Source of the DNA: Raillietiella orientalis
Lineage: Eukaryota
NCBI GenBank assembly: GCA_036172245.1
Contig: JAYWIR010000021.1
Span: forward strand, 1,674,001-1,738,000
Direction of reading: 5' to 3'
Length of the DNA stretch: 64,000 nucleotides
Part shown: positions 1 to 13,099 of the stretch, piece after piece
Numbering within the stretch: position 1 is the first letter of the stretch
How the letters are laid out: the number at the start of each line of letters is the position of its first letter
Program-made: the position numbers and the translations under genes
The notes under the pieces: model-generated
Database searches by the model: none
What the model saw: only the letters and a program-made list of their open reading frames with translations
Told to the model about the DNA's origin: nothing

Positions 1-9
1 TGGTTTGAG

Positions 10-320
10 ATGAAAGGTCACTCCCGAGGGGACGGGGACAGTTCCATTTTCACAACCGGAGGGGAGAACCCGAAGGACTCCTCGATTCCTGGAAGGACCC
101 GGAAGATCGACTTCCAATCACGGACACCCATCGGGGGCATACAGGGACTTTCACCAGTGCCACCACACCCGAAGCCTTCAGATCAACCAGCATCATCCTG
201 CGAGGGTGACTCGAAACCCAAGACGCAGTCCCCATTCCTATGGCTTCGATCCTCCACGTGGGATTCGAACCCGCAACGTTCGATTGCCACCCGGCGAGTG
301 GGCTCGCCCGCGGCCACGGA
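10..320 (-). mobile_element. tRNA-derived SINE family copy (partial)
   Basis: B-box GGTTCGAATCC on the minus strand (gggattcgaacccgc, ~260-275). The body resembles the copies at 4880-5600, 16935-17440 and 45640-45940. Confidence 0.65.
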
Positions 321-899
321 ACGAAAGAGACGGCATCGGGCCGATCATCCCGCACCAACAGCCTTGAAGAATCACACGCCCCCCGAGGGTGCGTGCAACC
401 CAGAGAAACCACCCGATGAATCCAGGAAAGAGACGGCAGGTCCTCGGATGGGACCAAACTGGGTCCAGTGGTGTGCGATCGACTGCGATCAGCAGCAAAC
501 CTCTTGCCGGGTGCGCCGGGTCCGACGCCACCAGCGACCCATCATCACCGGGAGCGCAGGCAGGAGGACGTAGAGAGGCTCTCGCGATATTTTTTTCCTC
601 CAGCAGAGCCAGGTGCGTACCCCAAGGGCCGCGCCAACCATCCATGAGAGGGCCTCTTCCCCGAGGAGGGCGCTCGCCTCGCCGTGCGGCCGCGTCTTCA
701 TTAACTGGAAGAATGCAATCTCGAGGGCTTAATTTGCTCCTCTTCCAGCCTGTCATCCAGACGTTCGGGTCGTGCGAGACCTGCGCGGGGAAGACTTTTT
801 TTTTTGCGTTCGGATCTTCGGATGCTGATGGCTCCCTGTCCCCTCTTACCATTCGCTGCCACTCTTTTCGGCACTCTTACCAGGCCCGCGTGAGCCCGA

Positions 900-1160
900 G
901 CCCACTTGGACCGTGGTAGAACTCGTATTTGGCGTGAGAAGCCCGCCTGCCCTGTGGCAAAGTTCTCTCAGCCCCAGCTCCGAGGACAAACGTCCGGTCC
1001 GAGAGCCGGAAATCCACGACGCGCGGAGGAACCCCGAAGGGGGTTCGCAGGACGAGTCGTCCCCGTTCCGGGCAACCCCGGGTCGCGTGGGATTGAGCCG
1101 CGGAACGAGCCGTTCCGTCTGCGAGCTTCGACGCGCGGAAGCGTTGCCGTGGTGATGTGG
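900..1160 (-). mobile_element. Degenerate SINE head copy
   Basis: gggattgagccgcggaacg resembles the family B-box region, and the flanks resemble other copies. Very diverged. Confidence 0.35.
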
Positions 1161-1737
1161 AGAGGACGGGCTGGCGATTTTTTTTCCGGGCAGGCCCACT
1201 CGTTAATTAACACCGCGCACGCGGGCTGAGCACTCGTCGGGCTCCTGGGGCAATAAATGAGCTTTCACAGCTGATGAACATTTACATTGCACTTATGCAT
1301 GTGTGTATTTACATATGGAAGGAGTGAGTCGGGAGGGTAGAATACAACCGCTACTCAGTAACGCAGCAACGATCTAAGGATCGTGCTTCGCGAAAGCTAT
1401 CTTGGATTTTGAAGTAGATTTAGAGCTTATACAATCCATGAATACGAGTTCCTCTGTCCCCTCCTTCCCTTCCTGCGGGTTGACGCAAAACGCCTATTCT
1501 CCTGGATTCGAGATTTCTCTTGGTCGGAGAAAAATCCCCAGGAAACGAGGAGAGACTTTCATTTTTTTTTTCTTTCCATTTTTTCAATCGATGCGTTGCT
1601 GATGTGGCAGCGCGCGCAGACTTCACTGTAAAGTGCGAAATAATTGTCCTTTTCGGAGGCAAGAGACGTACGAAGGCAAAAACAGAGCACATTTATTCCA
1701 TTCTTTTTATTATGATATTGAATAACCGTGGTGATAG

Positions 1738-1985
1738 GGAGCGGGCAACGGGGAGATGGGATGGAGGAATGGGATCCCGGTCCCATTTCGTCGGTCTTCG
1801 GAACTCGAGATGGTGATCGATGGAAGCGGACGGAGGCTGCTGCATCGCGACGCGAGAGGTGGGATCCTCGGGTGTCCTCGCGACGGACTGCTGCGAAAAC
1901 ACCCGCTAAGGGTGTTTCCATCGATCCAGAACATGGGTCGAGGGTTCGCTGAATACTAAAGAACCGCCCGCCGACTTGGGGAGTG
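1738..1985. repeat. ~250-bp dispersed repeat, copy 1 (direct copy at ~4608-4860)
   Basis: Shared gggatggaggaatgggat...cgagatggtgatc...cggactgctgcgaaaacacccgctaagggtgtttccatcgatccagaaca...gctgaatactaaagaaccg. Confidence 0.85.
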
Positions 1986-4607
1986 TGTGGGGGGAGGAAC
2001 AATGGGGAAGAAGACTCACAACGCAACCTGAATCGAATTGTGATAAATGTGCTGTCGCTAATGTTCAACATACAATAAATTTGTAGGTGAATTCGAAGCT
2101 CGGGCCGAAGGCTTTTCGATGTATGGGTGCATCGTAGTGACGGTGGGAGCTCAGGGGTCAGGAATGCCTCAACAGGGGAACAGGCACGCCGGCGTGCAAA
2201 CTCAGGGGCCATGGTAGGAGAACCCCTAGTCCGCTTTCGGTCTTGGAGCAGAGCCAGGGAGAATTCACGAACTCATAGTCACAGAAGAAGCCGAGAGGAT
2301 GCCGGTTCGTTTGCCCACCAAGTCACCTAGGAAACGGCCGATGTTGCCCTGGGAAGCAGCGGCAGCAAATACAGAAGCGTGATGGAAACTGATTGCAGTC
2401 AAATCATAATTCGGTCGGAGAAATCATTCACACAGACTGAACGCAATCACGAAGGGTCCTTTCGCAGTGTGGTCCAGAAGCCCTCGCCGATTTAGTGGAT
2501 GTTTCTTCCTGCTGATGCCCAAAGCAAGGGAATACGTGGCGAAAGATTCAGATCCTCTCAGACTAGGAAGCTGCTAATCGTGCTAGGAGAGAGCCGTTTA
2601 ACGGCAGAAGGGATCGCCAAAAAGTGGGCTATCGAGAAAATGAAGTTCGTGGTGGTACCTTTCCGGAACGCGGCCAGGTATTGATTCATCCTCCATTTCT
2701 ATCGGAGGATCTTCGCTGGGTAGAGGAAGCCACGACCGGTTGGATCTCTTCTGAGATCTGGAGGGTAGCCGCCTGCGTGCAGGTCAAGAAAAACGGCTTC
2801 GTAGCTCAGGTCGGCGAACGAAGCTTCCGGCATTGCTCGCAAAGGTCGAACGGACTGCAAGACAAGGCGGCTCAAGAGGGTTCCCGCAGGAGACATCGGA
2901 AATTCCCACGACCGCAAATCGGTTCTGGCAGGCGTGACTGCGGCACTCGAGTCGCGGGTGACGGTGAACGTCTCTGACGCTGAAGAACAAAAACGCTACC
3001 GCAGAACGCAGCAACACAGAATCGCATTAGCCCGGGCGCTTCGGGCCGGTCAAGTTTCCGGAAGAAAACAAATGCCTCCACCCATCCCCGCCCCCTCGAG
3101 GTTCCCCGAAGGTCCTTTGTAATGTTCCTCCAGACTCGCAGCGGCTAACATTTCTTCACGGAAAACGAAACCGGAATGAAACATTGCTGCCAAAGATCAG
3201 TGCGGATGCCGAACACATCTGTGCGCAAAACCTCCGGCACTTTTATGAGATTAATGAAACAAGTTAATGCGTTCTGACGATTATACAAATACGGGGAGGA
3301 ATTTGAACAGGCAAGAACGATCCGCTCACTGAAGATGACAAATGCCATGATTAGGGAGACTTGAGAGCTGACTTCATTCATTATAGCAGAATTATTCCTG
3401 TAACGCTCTCCGTTTCCGTCACTTTCAATCTGCTTCTACGTGAAGATGCACTTTTAATCTATCCTACCAATTAATCTGGTTTAGGTCCATTATTTCTGAC
3501 CTGCTGTTGCGTGCTTTCGGTCAGCGGATGAGCAAAGTCTCCGCAGAAGAGTGGCGAAGGTGAGATGAAGCCGTGGTGCGAATCCACTTCCGGCAATTCT
3601 GTCATTTCTCGCGTGGATGTGGCATTTCTCGCTGACGCGTTCGGCACGGCTGTTCGTAGCCGATTTCACCTCGGGCTAATCAACCATAGCGACAGAAAGG
3701 GGTGCAATCACCGCCGAAACTCGACGTCCCTGATTCGGGTCCAGGAATTATGCGGGAGGTTCCCGAGTTTCCACCGCGTGCGTAAAAGTAGCGCGAAATC
3801 ACGAAAATCCCATTTTCCGGTGCCAGAGGCGCGACTTGCATCCAAAGGAACATCTTCACGTTCGTTCCGCCTGTTTTATGACCGACGTTTTCCGCGAATG
3901 GATGCGTTTCCATTGGAATCCATGTGGAGAATCCTGCGATTTCTTTCTTTCTTTCTTTCCCTTCCTCATCCCTCCTCCCCGTTTTCTCAATGACGATGCG
4001 GTACAGGAAATGCTCAGAGATTGAAACACAAGGTGGCATCATTTTGCTCCACAAGGGATTCTCGGTCCCAGAACTACATTTTCATCTTCCCTTTCCAGCA
4101 GACACTCTTCGTCGCCGCTTTCCAATCATGGGTTTCGCTCACCACTCCAGAGCGATAACCTCCTTTCGGCATGCGAGCAGCCACGGATGCAGTTCGGGAA
4201 TGAATCTCGACAGATGATCATCCCGGCTTTTTCTTTTTTTTTTTTTCTTTTTCACTTCCCTCAGTTCGCTGCCTCCGATGGAATCGAAGAAAAAAAAAAA
4301 AAACTTCCCTGTGCTTTTTGATGAAGAAAATTCCTGCAAATGTTCCGTTCCTGCATCTCTTTCGATTCCCGGCTTGACGATACTGGCGCTGCTTGGCGAT
4401 TCCTGCTTCATGCACTCGGATTTTGGCTCCAGGTCTGCTCCAGCTAGAAGGCTCGCGGCTGGATCCTGGCTGGCGGACGGTCGGATCGTCTCCTTGGTGA
4501 ACCGCGATCCAAACGGCAATCTCCGGTGCATCCGTTGGCGCTCCTCGTCGGGCGCTGGAGGAAGCCCGGAGGATGCGTTCCCTTTATAGAAAAAAAGGAG
4601 TGCTCGG

Positions 4608-4860
4608 GGAGCGGGCGGCGGGGTGTCGGGATGGAGGAATGGGATTCCGGTCCCGTTTCGTTGGTCTTCGGGAATCGAGATGGTGATCCATGGGAGTCGA
4701 CGGAGGCTCCGGGAGCGGTCATCGCGACGAGAGAGGTGAAATTCTTGGATGTCCTCGAGACGGACTGCTGCGAAAACACCCGCTAAGGGTGTTTCCATCG
4801 ATCCAGAACACAGGTCGAGGGTTTGCTGAATACTAAAGAACCGGTCGCTGACTTGGAGGG
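4608..4860. repeat. ~250-bp dispersed repeat, copy 2
   Basis: Direct, highly similar copy of 1738-1985. Confidence 0.85.
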
Positions 4861-4879
4861 AGGGGGGGAGGACTCACAA

Positions 4880-5600
4880 AGCTCTTTAGAAGACTTTTGA
4901 AGAGGCACCCGAGGGTGCATGTAACTCTTCAAGTTGAAGAGAATCCTCCGCCCCTTCCTATGAGTCCAAGATGGCTTCGGAGAAAGGAGTCCGTTCCTTT
5001 CTTACGCTTGAGGGGGAACTCCGAAGGTCATCGTTGCCCTAGGGAACCCCGGAGGGAGCCACCGCCCCTCGTTTCTGCTCCAGAGGAACCTCCCGGGAAA
5101 GGATCCGATCCTGGTTCCCTTCTCTGAAGAGAGCCTCAAAGGGACCTTCCCATTTTTTCTCTGAAGGGCGTTCCCTGAAGCAGTGAGCTTCTTTACACTC
5201 TAGAGAGATAGCCGACTGCCCGAGGGGGTTATCAAGAAGCCTCATTGTAAGCGATAAAGAGAGGTCGAGAATAGGGATCGGTTGCATTTTCACATCTGGG
5301 GGTGGGAAAGACTTAAAAGGAAATCGGTTCCTTGATTGCCAGAAGGACCCCGGAGGGTCAACTTCCGATCCAGGCCAGTCAATGGCGGCATCCAAGAGTT
5401 TTCGGCTTCCACTAGTGCCCCGCCCGAAGCCGTGGGCCAACCAGCGTCATCCTGTGGGAGGGGGAGGTGACTGGAAAACCTCACGGCACACCCATTTCTC
5501 GGGGGATCGATCCTTCTCTGGGTGGGATTCGAACCCGCAACTCTCGGCTCCACTCTCCGAGAGGGTAGCCACACAGCCTCCCGCGCGATCCCGTGGCCAC
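4880..5600 (-). mobile_element. tRNA-derived SINE, near full-length (~0.7 kb)
   Basis: Minus strand reads gttgcgggttcgaatccc...gatcgatcccccgagaaat...gatgacgctggttg...accctccggggtcctt..., colinear with 16935-17440. Confidence 0.75.
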
Positions 5601-5606
5601 GGCCGT

Positions 5607-6170
5607 AACCAAAGCGTAAATGTCTGAGGTTCGAAAACTATCAGATGCTGCCCTCGTCCTGACCATAAGCGATGCCAACCTGGCGCTAAAACCGTGGTCC
5701 GGTGGACAGCTTCCGGGAAACCAAAGCGTGTGGGTTTTCGGAGCAAGCATGGCTGCAAAGCGGAGACTTGAAGGAACTGACGGAGGGGCACCCCGGGAGT
5801 GCAGCCGGCGGCTCAACTGGAAAACCTCACCAGGCCCGGACACCTGGAGGATCGACAGACCTCTAGCTCTTTCTTGATCGGGTGGGTGGTGTTGCACGGA
5901 CGTTCTTAACCGCTGGAGCGATTCCATGTGGTCACTCCCGATAACCACCGAGACTCTGATCTCTTAACTGGACGGTGGAACTCCGCGATGCCGTCCGCCG
6001 CCGTCCATCGAGGGACGGGAGGACCTCGCGGACGTGATCCGTTCCCTTCGAGGTGCTCCGGGCGACATGAGCCATCCTTGCATGCTAGGGGCGCCCTCCT
6101 GGCATCGCTGCCACAGCAGTTGTCAGCCGCGAACACGGACGCTCCAAGATGTGCTCGCCCGCGCGCCGCC
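5607..6170 (+). pseudogene. Decayed 18S rRNA fragment (central/3' part)
   Basis: Colinear degenerate matches to conserved 18S blocks: gaggttcgaa..atcagat, cagcttccgggaaaccaaag, acttgaaggaactgacggaggggcacc, aaacctcaccaggcccggacac, tagctctttcttgat..ggtgggtggt, ccgataac..cgagactct. Many substitutions and deletions; right end uncertain. Confidence 0.9.
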
Positions 6171-6227
6171 TCCGAATGCGGCAGTCAGGGACTCCGGGAA
6201 TCTCACGGAGCGGTTGTGTTCTTGCAG

Positions 6228-6441
6228 ATACCCAACCTGATGGCCGACAAAATCCGATGGTACTACAAAGGCAAACTCCTTCGGAACTCTTCGAAAACGA
6301 CGGTGCACACCACCCGGAGTGCTCCTCAGACAGGGCAGGCCACCCTGACTATCCGAGACGTAAACGTGGACGACTCGGGAAATTATACGTGCCGGCTGAC
6401 CGATTCCGTTTCCAAGACGATATCGCTGTTCATCTATAAAG
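6228..6441 (+). CDS. Internal exon encoding most of an immunoglobulin (I-set/C2-like) domain; host gene unidentified
   Basis: Acceptor tgtgttcttgcag| and donor G|gtgag. The peptide IPNLMADKIRWYYKGKLL...ATLTIRDVNVDDSGNYTCRLTDSVSKTISLFIYK carries the Ig W and LxI...DSGxYxC motifs. The phase-1 donor is typical of Ig-domain boundaries. Confidence 0.85.
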
Positions 6442-7134
6442 GTGAGCTGCGCGGGACTTTTTCAGCCACGCACCGCGACTCTCGTGGACAATGGCCCCCA
6501 CGTTCGCGCTGGTTTTGCGGTTTGGTTCCTCCGGAACGGACCCCTCCGCTACCCCGTGCGAGCGTGCAGGATCTCCTTCCTTTTTTTGCTTCGACTGCTG
6601 ATGCTGAGGAACAGACCGGAAAACCGAGCATCCCGTGAAGCTCGTAGCACAGGAGTGATGGCCGGGAATCCACTCATCATCCGGACAAATAAAAAACGCG
6701 CTCGGAGGAGGCTCTGAAACAGCTCGGCTCCTGAAGATCAGCAATGCAAGTGACTCATCATTTTCGCCACCAAAGCATCCAACATCAGCAAATGAAGTGA
6801 TGTAGAAAATCATAGGAACTCCGGGACTTCCAAGTTCTTCCCCCTTTCCGGAGCAGAGCAATCACACAATCAGAGGAATGATCTCGCGCCTTCCCCAACC
6901 CAGTTTCCAGAATAAGTGGCGGCCGTCCGGCTGTTCCTTCTCCTAGCCATAGAGCCAAGAGAAGGGTCCTGACTTCCTTCCTTCTCCCAGAAATCTCCTG
7001 GACACTTCTCTGAGCTGGACGGCGAGCAGGGGATTTTCAGAAAAAAAGATGCGGAGAAACGACGTGGATGAAAGATGAGAGCAGAGGATTACAAGTCCTC
7101 CCAGGATGCTTTTCATCAAGTCTTTTCTTCTTTC

Positions 7135-7228
7135 GAAAAAAGAGGAAGAAGAAGGAGGAGGAGGAAAAGAAGTAGAAGAAGAAGAAGAAGAGGAAAAAGG
7201 AGAAGGAAGAAGAGGAGGAGGAGGAGAA
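7135..7228. repeat. Purine-rich (GAA/GGA)n microsatellite
   Basis: agaggaagaagaaggaggaggaggaaaagaagtagaagaagaagaag... Confidence 0.9.
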
Positions 7229-7699
7229 ATGATCTCACAATCATGGGGGTAGAAGGACATGCAATCGTGGAAATCTTCCATGGTCTCGAGTGAGGTGAAC
7301 ATGCAGCAGCTGCTGCTACTGATAGCGTGCCAGTCTGGTCCAGAAGCAGATGAGGCTTCCGTCCAGCGGTTTTGTCTTTTTTTTTTTTTTTTCAAGGACG
7401 ACAGATCGTCTTGAATATTTTCTGATCCTTGCAAAGCTGTTGCCGAGATCGAAGAGAGAGCGAGGACGTGAGAGGGTGTCCTAGGGTCTCAGAGACCACC
7501 TGACTCCCAAAGTTGGGATCTGTGGAATTTCCGAGGGTTCCTCCTGCTCGCAACGACACTTTTCCCTACACATCTTCCCCGCCTTCCATCCCATCTTAAT
7601 AGGGAAAAAGGGAGAATTAAAGATCATCCTGAAGCAGGCGGACGCCAGATCACCTTGGCAACATTAGCTGATGACTGCGTGCTCCGCTCCGTGGTTCGA

Positions 7700-10600
7700 G
7701 ATGCTCCGGAACAAAAGGACGACGCAATGTCCGTGTTTTTTTGATAGAGGACGTGGAATCCTGAGGAAGGGAGGGGGGTAGAGGGTTAGCAGATTCACTG
7801 CAGGATAGGGAAGAGGAGATGGATGGATCTCTTCAAGGGCTCCCTTGAGGGTCTGAACGTGAGGTCCAGTCCCGAGTCTCCGGACTGTACTTTGGATTCG
7901 GGCATCGAAAACCAAGGGAAGGGCAGTTTCCAGCGATGCACCACCGTTGAGAACGCGCTCCTCCCTCATCACCGGCAACGGAGAATCCGAAGGAGGACTG
8001 CAGAGTCCCATCGTGGCGACCCCGCTCTTCGTGAGTGCTAGTCCGATTCCTACAGAAAAGGGGAAGGTCCACCTGGAAAACAGCAAGGCCATCAGCATGC
8101 ATCTGTATCCTCTGGTAGTCCATGCGTCGCGTGCATCCGCCCGTCGTTGCGGCCTCCCAGTTGGCCGTTTCAGGCAACGGGCTTCAGGCCGGAGAGAAAG
8201 AGAAGAAGGAACAACTTCGCAGCCAAAAGTTGGCCGGCCAAAAAGTTGGGATGCTTTCCCTGAACGAGCAAGAGACAACCCGCAAGAGACACCATCAGAA
8301 CCTCCTGTGGATGCGAGTGCCTTGATCTTCCGCTTCACGCGCGAGATTTTCAGAAAAGCAGGACGATTCAGAGACGCTCCGGCGCCAAACTGGAAGAGCA
8401 CCCCCTTTGGCAGCGGGCAAACGGAGAGGGAGAGCCCGTCTTGTTCCGGACTCGAAGTATGCTCGTTTCCCTGGTGACGGCTCTCGGCAAGTCGACGCCA
8501 AGGAAGATGAAAAATGGATTCTGCCTGCTAGAGCACAAAGTCGCTCGCCAGTTTTGCTTCTCGGTTTCTCCCTTCCTCCTTCTCCTCCCTCCTTCCTTCC
8601 CAAAAGGCGAGGATAGAAGATGAGGGAGCTTCCCCGAAGCTTCCCACCCCGCGTTTGGTTTCCCACGGGTCTTCGGCGGCGCCACCTCAGATTCGAGGAA
8701 AGGAGACCCGCGCACCTCGAGGTACAAGGTGGGGCACGCTCCTTCCAGAGAGGGTGAGCTCGCAGTCCACGCGGGAATCAAAGAGGCACCAGGAGGCTGC
8801 ATCTTTGACCCCCAGAGCTGCCGAATGATACGGAACGCTGAGCAGGGCGCTTGCGGTCCCCTCGACCTGCTTCGATCCTTTCTGATGTCTTTCCTGGAGA
8901 ACGATCGATGGAAGCATCCTCCTCTAGCATCCAGCACCGTTCCCGGAGCTCGAGAATCCTCGCCGACGCTGGAGAGGTGCCAAGAAGGATCTCCGCTTGC
9001 CGAGGGGAAAAACCTTGAAAAAAAACACACACACAGTCGACCGGGAATTTCCTTCCAATCCCCTCGTCCTCGTCCTCTCGCTCCCCGAAGCGAGGATTGA
9101 GGGCAGAAAGGGAATCCCTTGAGTCGTGCTATCCGGAAATCTCGAACGCCCCAGACCTCGGGGCGGTCCGTGACGCTTCGCCTCCCGTTTTGTTCAAGGA
9201 GCAGAGAGGAAGGAAGCAGCGCCTCGCTAGCTCCCGGCTGTCCTAGAGCCTTCCGGGAAGCCGGGACGAACAGGGCGCTGAGTGTTGGCAAAGAGCGAGA
9301 ACAGGAGGACTCTGCCGAGCATTCTTTCCAGGACTCCTCCCTCCCAACGTCTCTCGGACGGAGGCCGTGCTGACGCTCCCATTCCGGAACCACGTACCAA
9401 GAGGATGGAAAAGGAGAAAGGGAAGACTCGTTGCTCGGAAGGAGTTCATCAAACTCCCGGAAGTGCGGGAAAGAGGTCTTTGTCGATGGTCATGAGGAAG
9501 CCATTCTTTGGGACCCCGGGAACAGCATGGCTACCTCGGACGCAGCTGGCTTGGGGACGCAGTGTCGGTAGCGGACTGTTGTCTTTTCCCGGTTTCTCCC
9601 TGAGTCTTCTTTCCTCTGGAGCCAGGGAGAAGGAACGCCTCTGAGAAGTCGGTTTCTCGGGAAGCACCGTTTTGCAGCGTTGGAAGCTGGAAGAGAGGAA
9701 TCCTCCGGCAACACCCCGAGCGGGAAGCGATCTATCCCGCTGCCTGTCAGGGGTCAGGGAACGAGGCACATCTCTTCTTCCCTCTTCCCTCCACCTTTTT
9801 TTTGTTCTCCTCGAGCGCCTCTGGAAAGGGAAAAAAAACGCTCACGGTCTCCGTTCTACCCGGCCAAAGATCTCCCGGGCGGAGGAACAGTCGACTTCGA
9901 CGCTCGAAAGCGGGAAGCATTCCCGTTCCTGGTCCCTGAGCCTCTCCCACTCGCCCCGCTTTCCTCCCGGTTCTTTCTGTGCTCCTGCTGCCCTGCTCTC
10001 CCGGAGCTTAGCAGCCGAGTCGGACGGCGTCAGCCAAGTCCTCGCCTCCTCCAGAGGGGGAGTGGAGAGCGCTGTGGGAGCTTCCGGGAGAGAGCTCCCC
10101 CTTCCCTGCCTGCACCGCTGGAAGCAGGGGGAGTCTTATGGGACTATCGCCACCAGCCTTTTCCTCTCACGAGGAAGACCAAGGCTTCTCCCGCCGTGTT
10201 GGAGGGGACAGAGTGGCCTTCCCGATCGCCGCCGCGCTGCTGCGTCCCTTGATGCGTCGCCACACCCACCCACACAAAATATGTCCCCGGGGGAAGTCTT
10301 CCGTGAAGGAGGCAGGGGCATCCGGAATTCGATCCGACTCGCGGATCGTTTCGATTCCTTGCCCTCAGAGGAGGAGCAAGGGTTTGACCTGCTACTCGTG
10401 GTCACGCTCCGCAAAACGGAGGGTCCCCTCCCACGATTCACAGCGGGGCGAAACCCGTAGGTCTGGGCGATCGGTGGAGCCCCCTGTCGCGGATGACGTG
10501 GGTCACAAGAGAGTCCGCAGAGCAGCTGGGGGTGGCAGCATCTCGCGCGCCCTCTTTCCGGTGAGGATCCTCCGGCCGGCTGGAGGAATAGAAGGCCGCC

Positions 10601-12400
10601 GCCGCTTCTCCGTGGCAGCGAGTAGCAGAGGTTTCCTACCCGTTCCCCGGTGGATCGCCGCAGACTCGACGACCGCGTGTTCCAGATCGTCGCTTCCTTG
10701 AGGGAAGCTGCTTCCCCTCCCCCCTCCTTGCCGAGGGCTTCCGGGTCGCAGGCGGGAAGGTGCAGCCGCCGCCTCTTCCGCAGATCAAAGTGTGCGGTGA
10801 AGAAGGGATACTCGCCATCCTGAGTCCAGGGTCGGCAGCCACCACGCCCGCTCGTGTGGAGTTCCCTCACCCCCTGGTTGCGTTCCTCGCATGCGTGATG
10901 GAAGGAGGTGGACGGACGGGAGGGAGCAGCTGCTCCTCGGTCGGGAGAGCGATGCGGATCCCGATGCGAAGAACGTCCTCGACGGAAAAGCTGGTTCTCC
11001 AGAGCCTCTGCTCCTTCCAGGTGACATCATCGCGGCCATCCACAGGAAGAACTCTTGCCAGAAGTGCGCTCCCGGTCCAGGCACCCTTGTCCTCCTGGCG
11101 TCAACCTTCTCGCTCCAGACCATCGCTGCAAGATCACTCTACAAACGGTCCTCTTCCCAATAAAACAGGTTTCTTCTTTCCCGTTTTTTTTCCCTCTCTC
11201 CTCGCAAAGAGGAACCTGGAATTCCGGTTTCTTACTTCCTTCCGGCTCTCGGAAGAGACTGCTCCCCTCCCGGGATCCGCTCGAGAGGAATGGTTTCCCA
11301 GGCCGCGTGGCGTCCCGTGTGGGCTCCTCCGAGAAGCGATCCGGGACCTTTGCATCCCGGTTTCAATCCCTTCGGGACGGGAGGAGCGCGGGTGGGAAGA
11401 TGCAGCGTCCTTGCCTCGACCGACGGCGCCGCATTCCTTTCTTCCTCCTCCGCAACCTGCCCCTCGTCCGTTTGATTGCTCCGGTCCGGGAACGGGCAAG
11501 AGGTCTCGTCGTTCCCCACGAGGTCGCCGAACCCGGCCTGGGTCCGTGAATCTTCGACGGCTGCACCCCCTTTCCCTCCTTCCTGCTTCTCTTCCTCCCT
11601 GAAGACTTTGTCGGGGAGGCGTGCGCGCGTCGCCTCCCCCCTCGCAGAGCGACGGCATCCTGCGTTCTCTTGGCAGCATCTGCGAGGCGGAGTCTGCGAC
11701 TCCTCCGTGCCCCAGCAGCTGGCGGTGGGAAGCTCGCACGCATAGCTGGGGAGGCGCGTGTGTGACCCGTCCATCTGTCCCGGCGCCTGTGACTCTCTCC
11801 TCCTAGCAAGAACGCTTTGCTTGCTTGGTCCCTCCTCTCTCTCTCTGCCAGTAGGTGGGGGCCTCCCGTGATTCCAGCCCGCGTATCCGCGGTTCGGAAA
11901 AGGCACCGCGCGCCTGGCGCGGGCAGCCTCTTTGGCCCCACCAAGCAGAATTTCTGATTTCCCCTCTTTCCCTCGCCCTGGCCCGGGCGCAGTTGCGACC
12001 AGCAAGGTGTTGGCATTGCAAAGAAAGAGCAGCTCTTTCTCGGAGAACCTGAGGAAGACGGGCAGTCGCCCGGAATCGCCCTGGACAACGCTTCGGGAAT
12101 CTTCACTCGCCTTCTTTCGGAGAGGTCAGATCCGCAGGCTGCTGATGGTGCGCCCACCTCTTCCGAAACGCGTCTTCCTAGTCCCGCTGCAGCACGCTGC
12201 TCCTCCCGTGAGGTGGATCCACGGTGGCTTCCGGCACGGGAGGCCGAGTTTCATCTCGGAGGGCAGCACCTTTCGGACTTCGTTCCCGCGTCCATACGTC
12301 CAGATTTCGCTCCGCACGCCAGCATCAACGATCTCCAGGGATGCAGAGGTCACTCACTGATTCCAGGGTGACCTTCAAGATAGGTAGCGTCCCAGTCGGA
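7700..12400 (+). pseudogene. Decayed copy of a large intronless ORF family with STAND/NACHT-like motifs (copy A)
   Basis: Walker-B-like RVFLIEDVE (~7730-7757) and helical-domain-like GELAVHAGI...IF (~8755-8810). By eye it is similar at the nucleotide level to 31.2-33.0 kb and 37.9-39.3 kb (e.g. cttccaggtgacatc vs cttccaggtcaccac). Many frameshifts. Confidence 0.4.
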
Positions 12401-13099
12401 CGCAGACCGAGTTCTTGCCTTGCGGTTTGGAACCCATCACCATAGAGGCGCATCATCCATTGGATGTCGGGCACTGGATCTCAGATTCCGAAGCATCCTT
12501 TCTCTCCGAGGGAAACGCCCACATCGGGTTTCTGAATGCACATTCAGGTCCTTCTTCCAGCGACAGAGACAGGTAAGAGGGAAGGGGATGATGGGATGCT
12601 GGCGGCACGTGCTTGCTCAAGTCTACTGCAGGGGTGATGTTTGGTAGAGGATAGCATGGAAGACAAAGACAAGAGGCAAGAACTGCGGTCGAATTGCATC
12701 GCGCTTGCAAGTACTCTTTCGTAGGACGGCAGCAGCATGAACGATCCTTGCTGGAATCTGTTCAGCCTCCGCCGAAGAGCGCCGCACTTCCGTTACTTTC
12801 GGATGTAAAGTAAAGAAACGCAAAAAAAAAAAAAAAAAAAAAGGCAAGAGAATCCTGCAGGGGAATCGCTCATGCGAAGTCGGGAATGACGATTCCCTGC
12901 TTACAATCCGTAGAAGCTCCAGTTGCACATGTATTTTATAGAAGGAACGGCAAATAGAACAAATCGAATCCCTCAAAGTTTTGTTGCTTGCTGACGACTA
13001 TCCAACGTCACGAGAATCTTCCGGGAAACAGACCGGAAACAAGACGAGACTGAAAATCAGATACATTTGCTGTGGCTACCATCAATCAAAATGCAGCCA

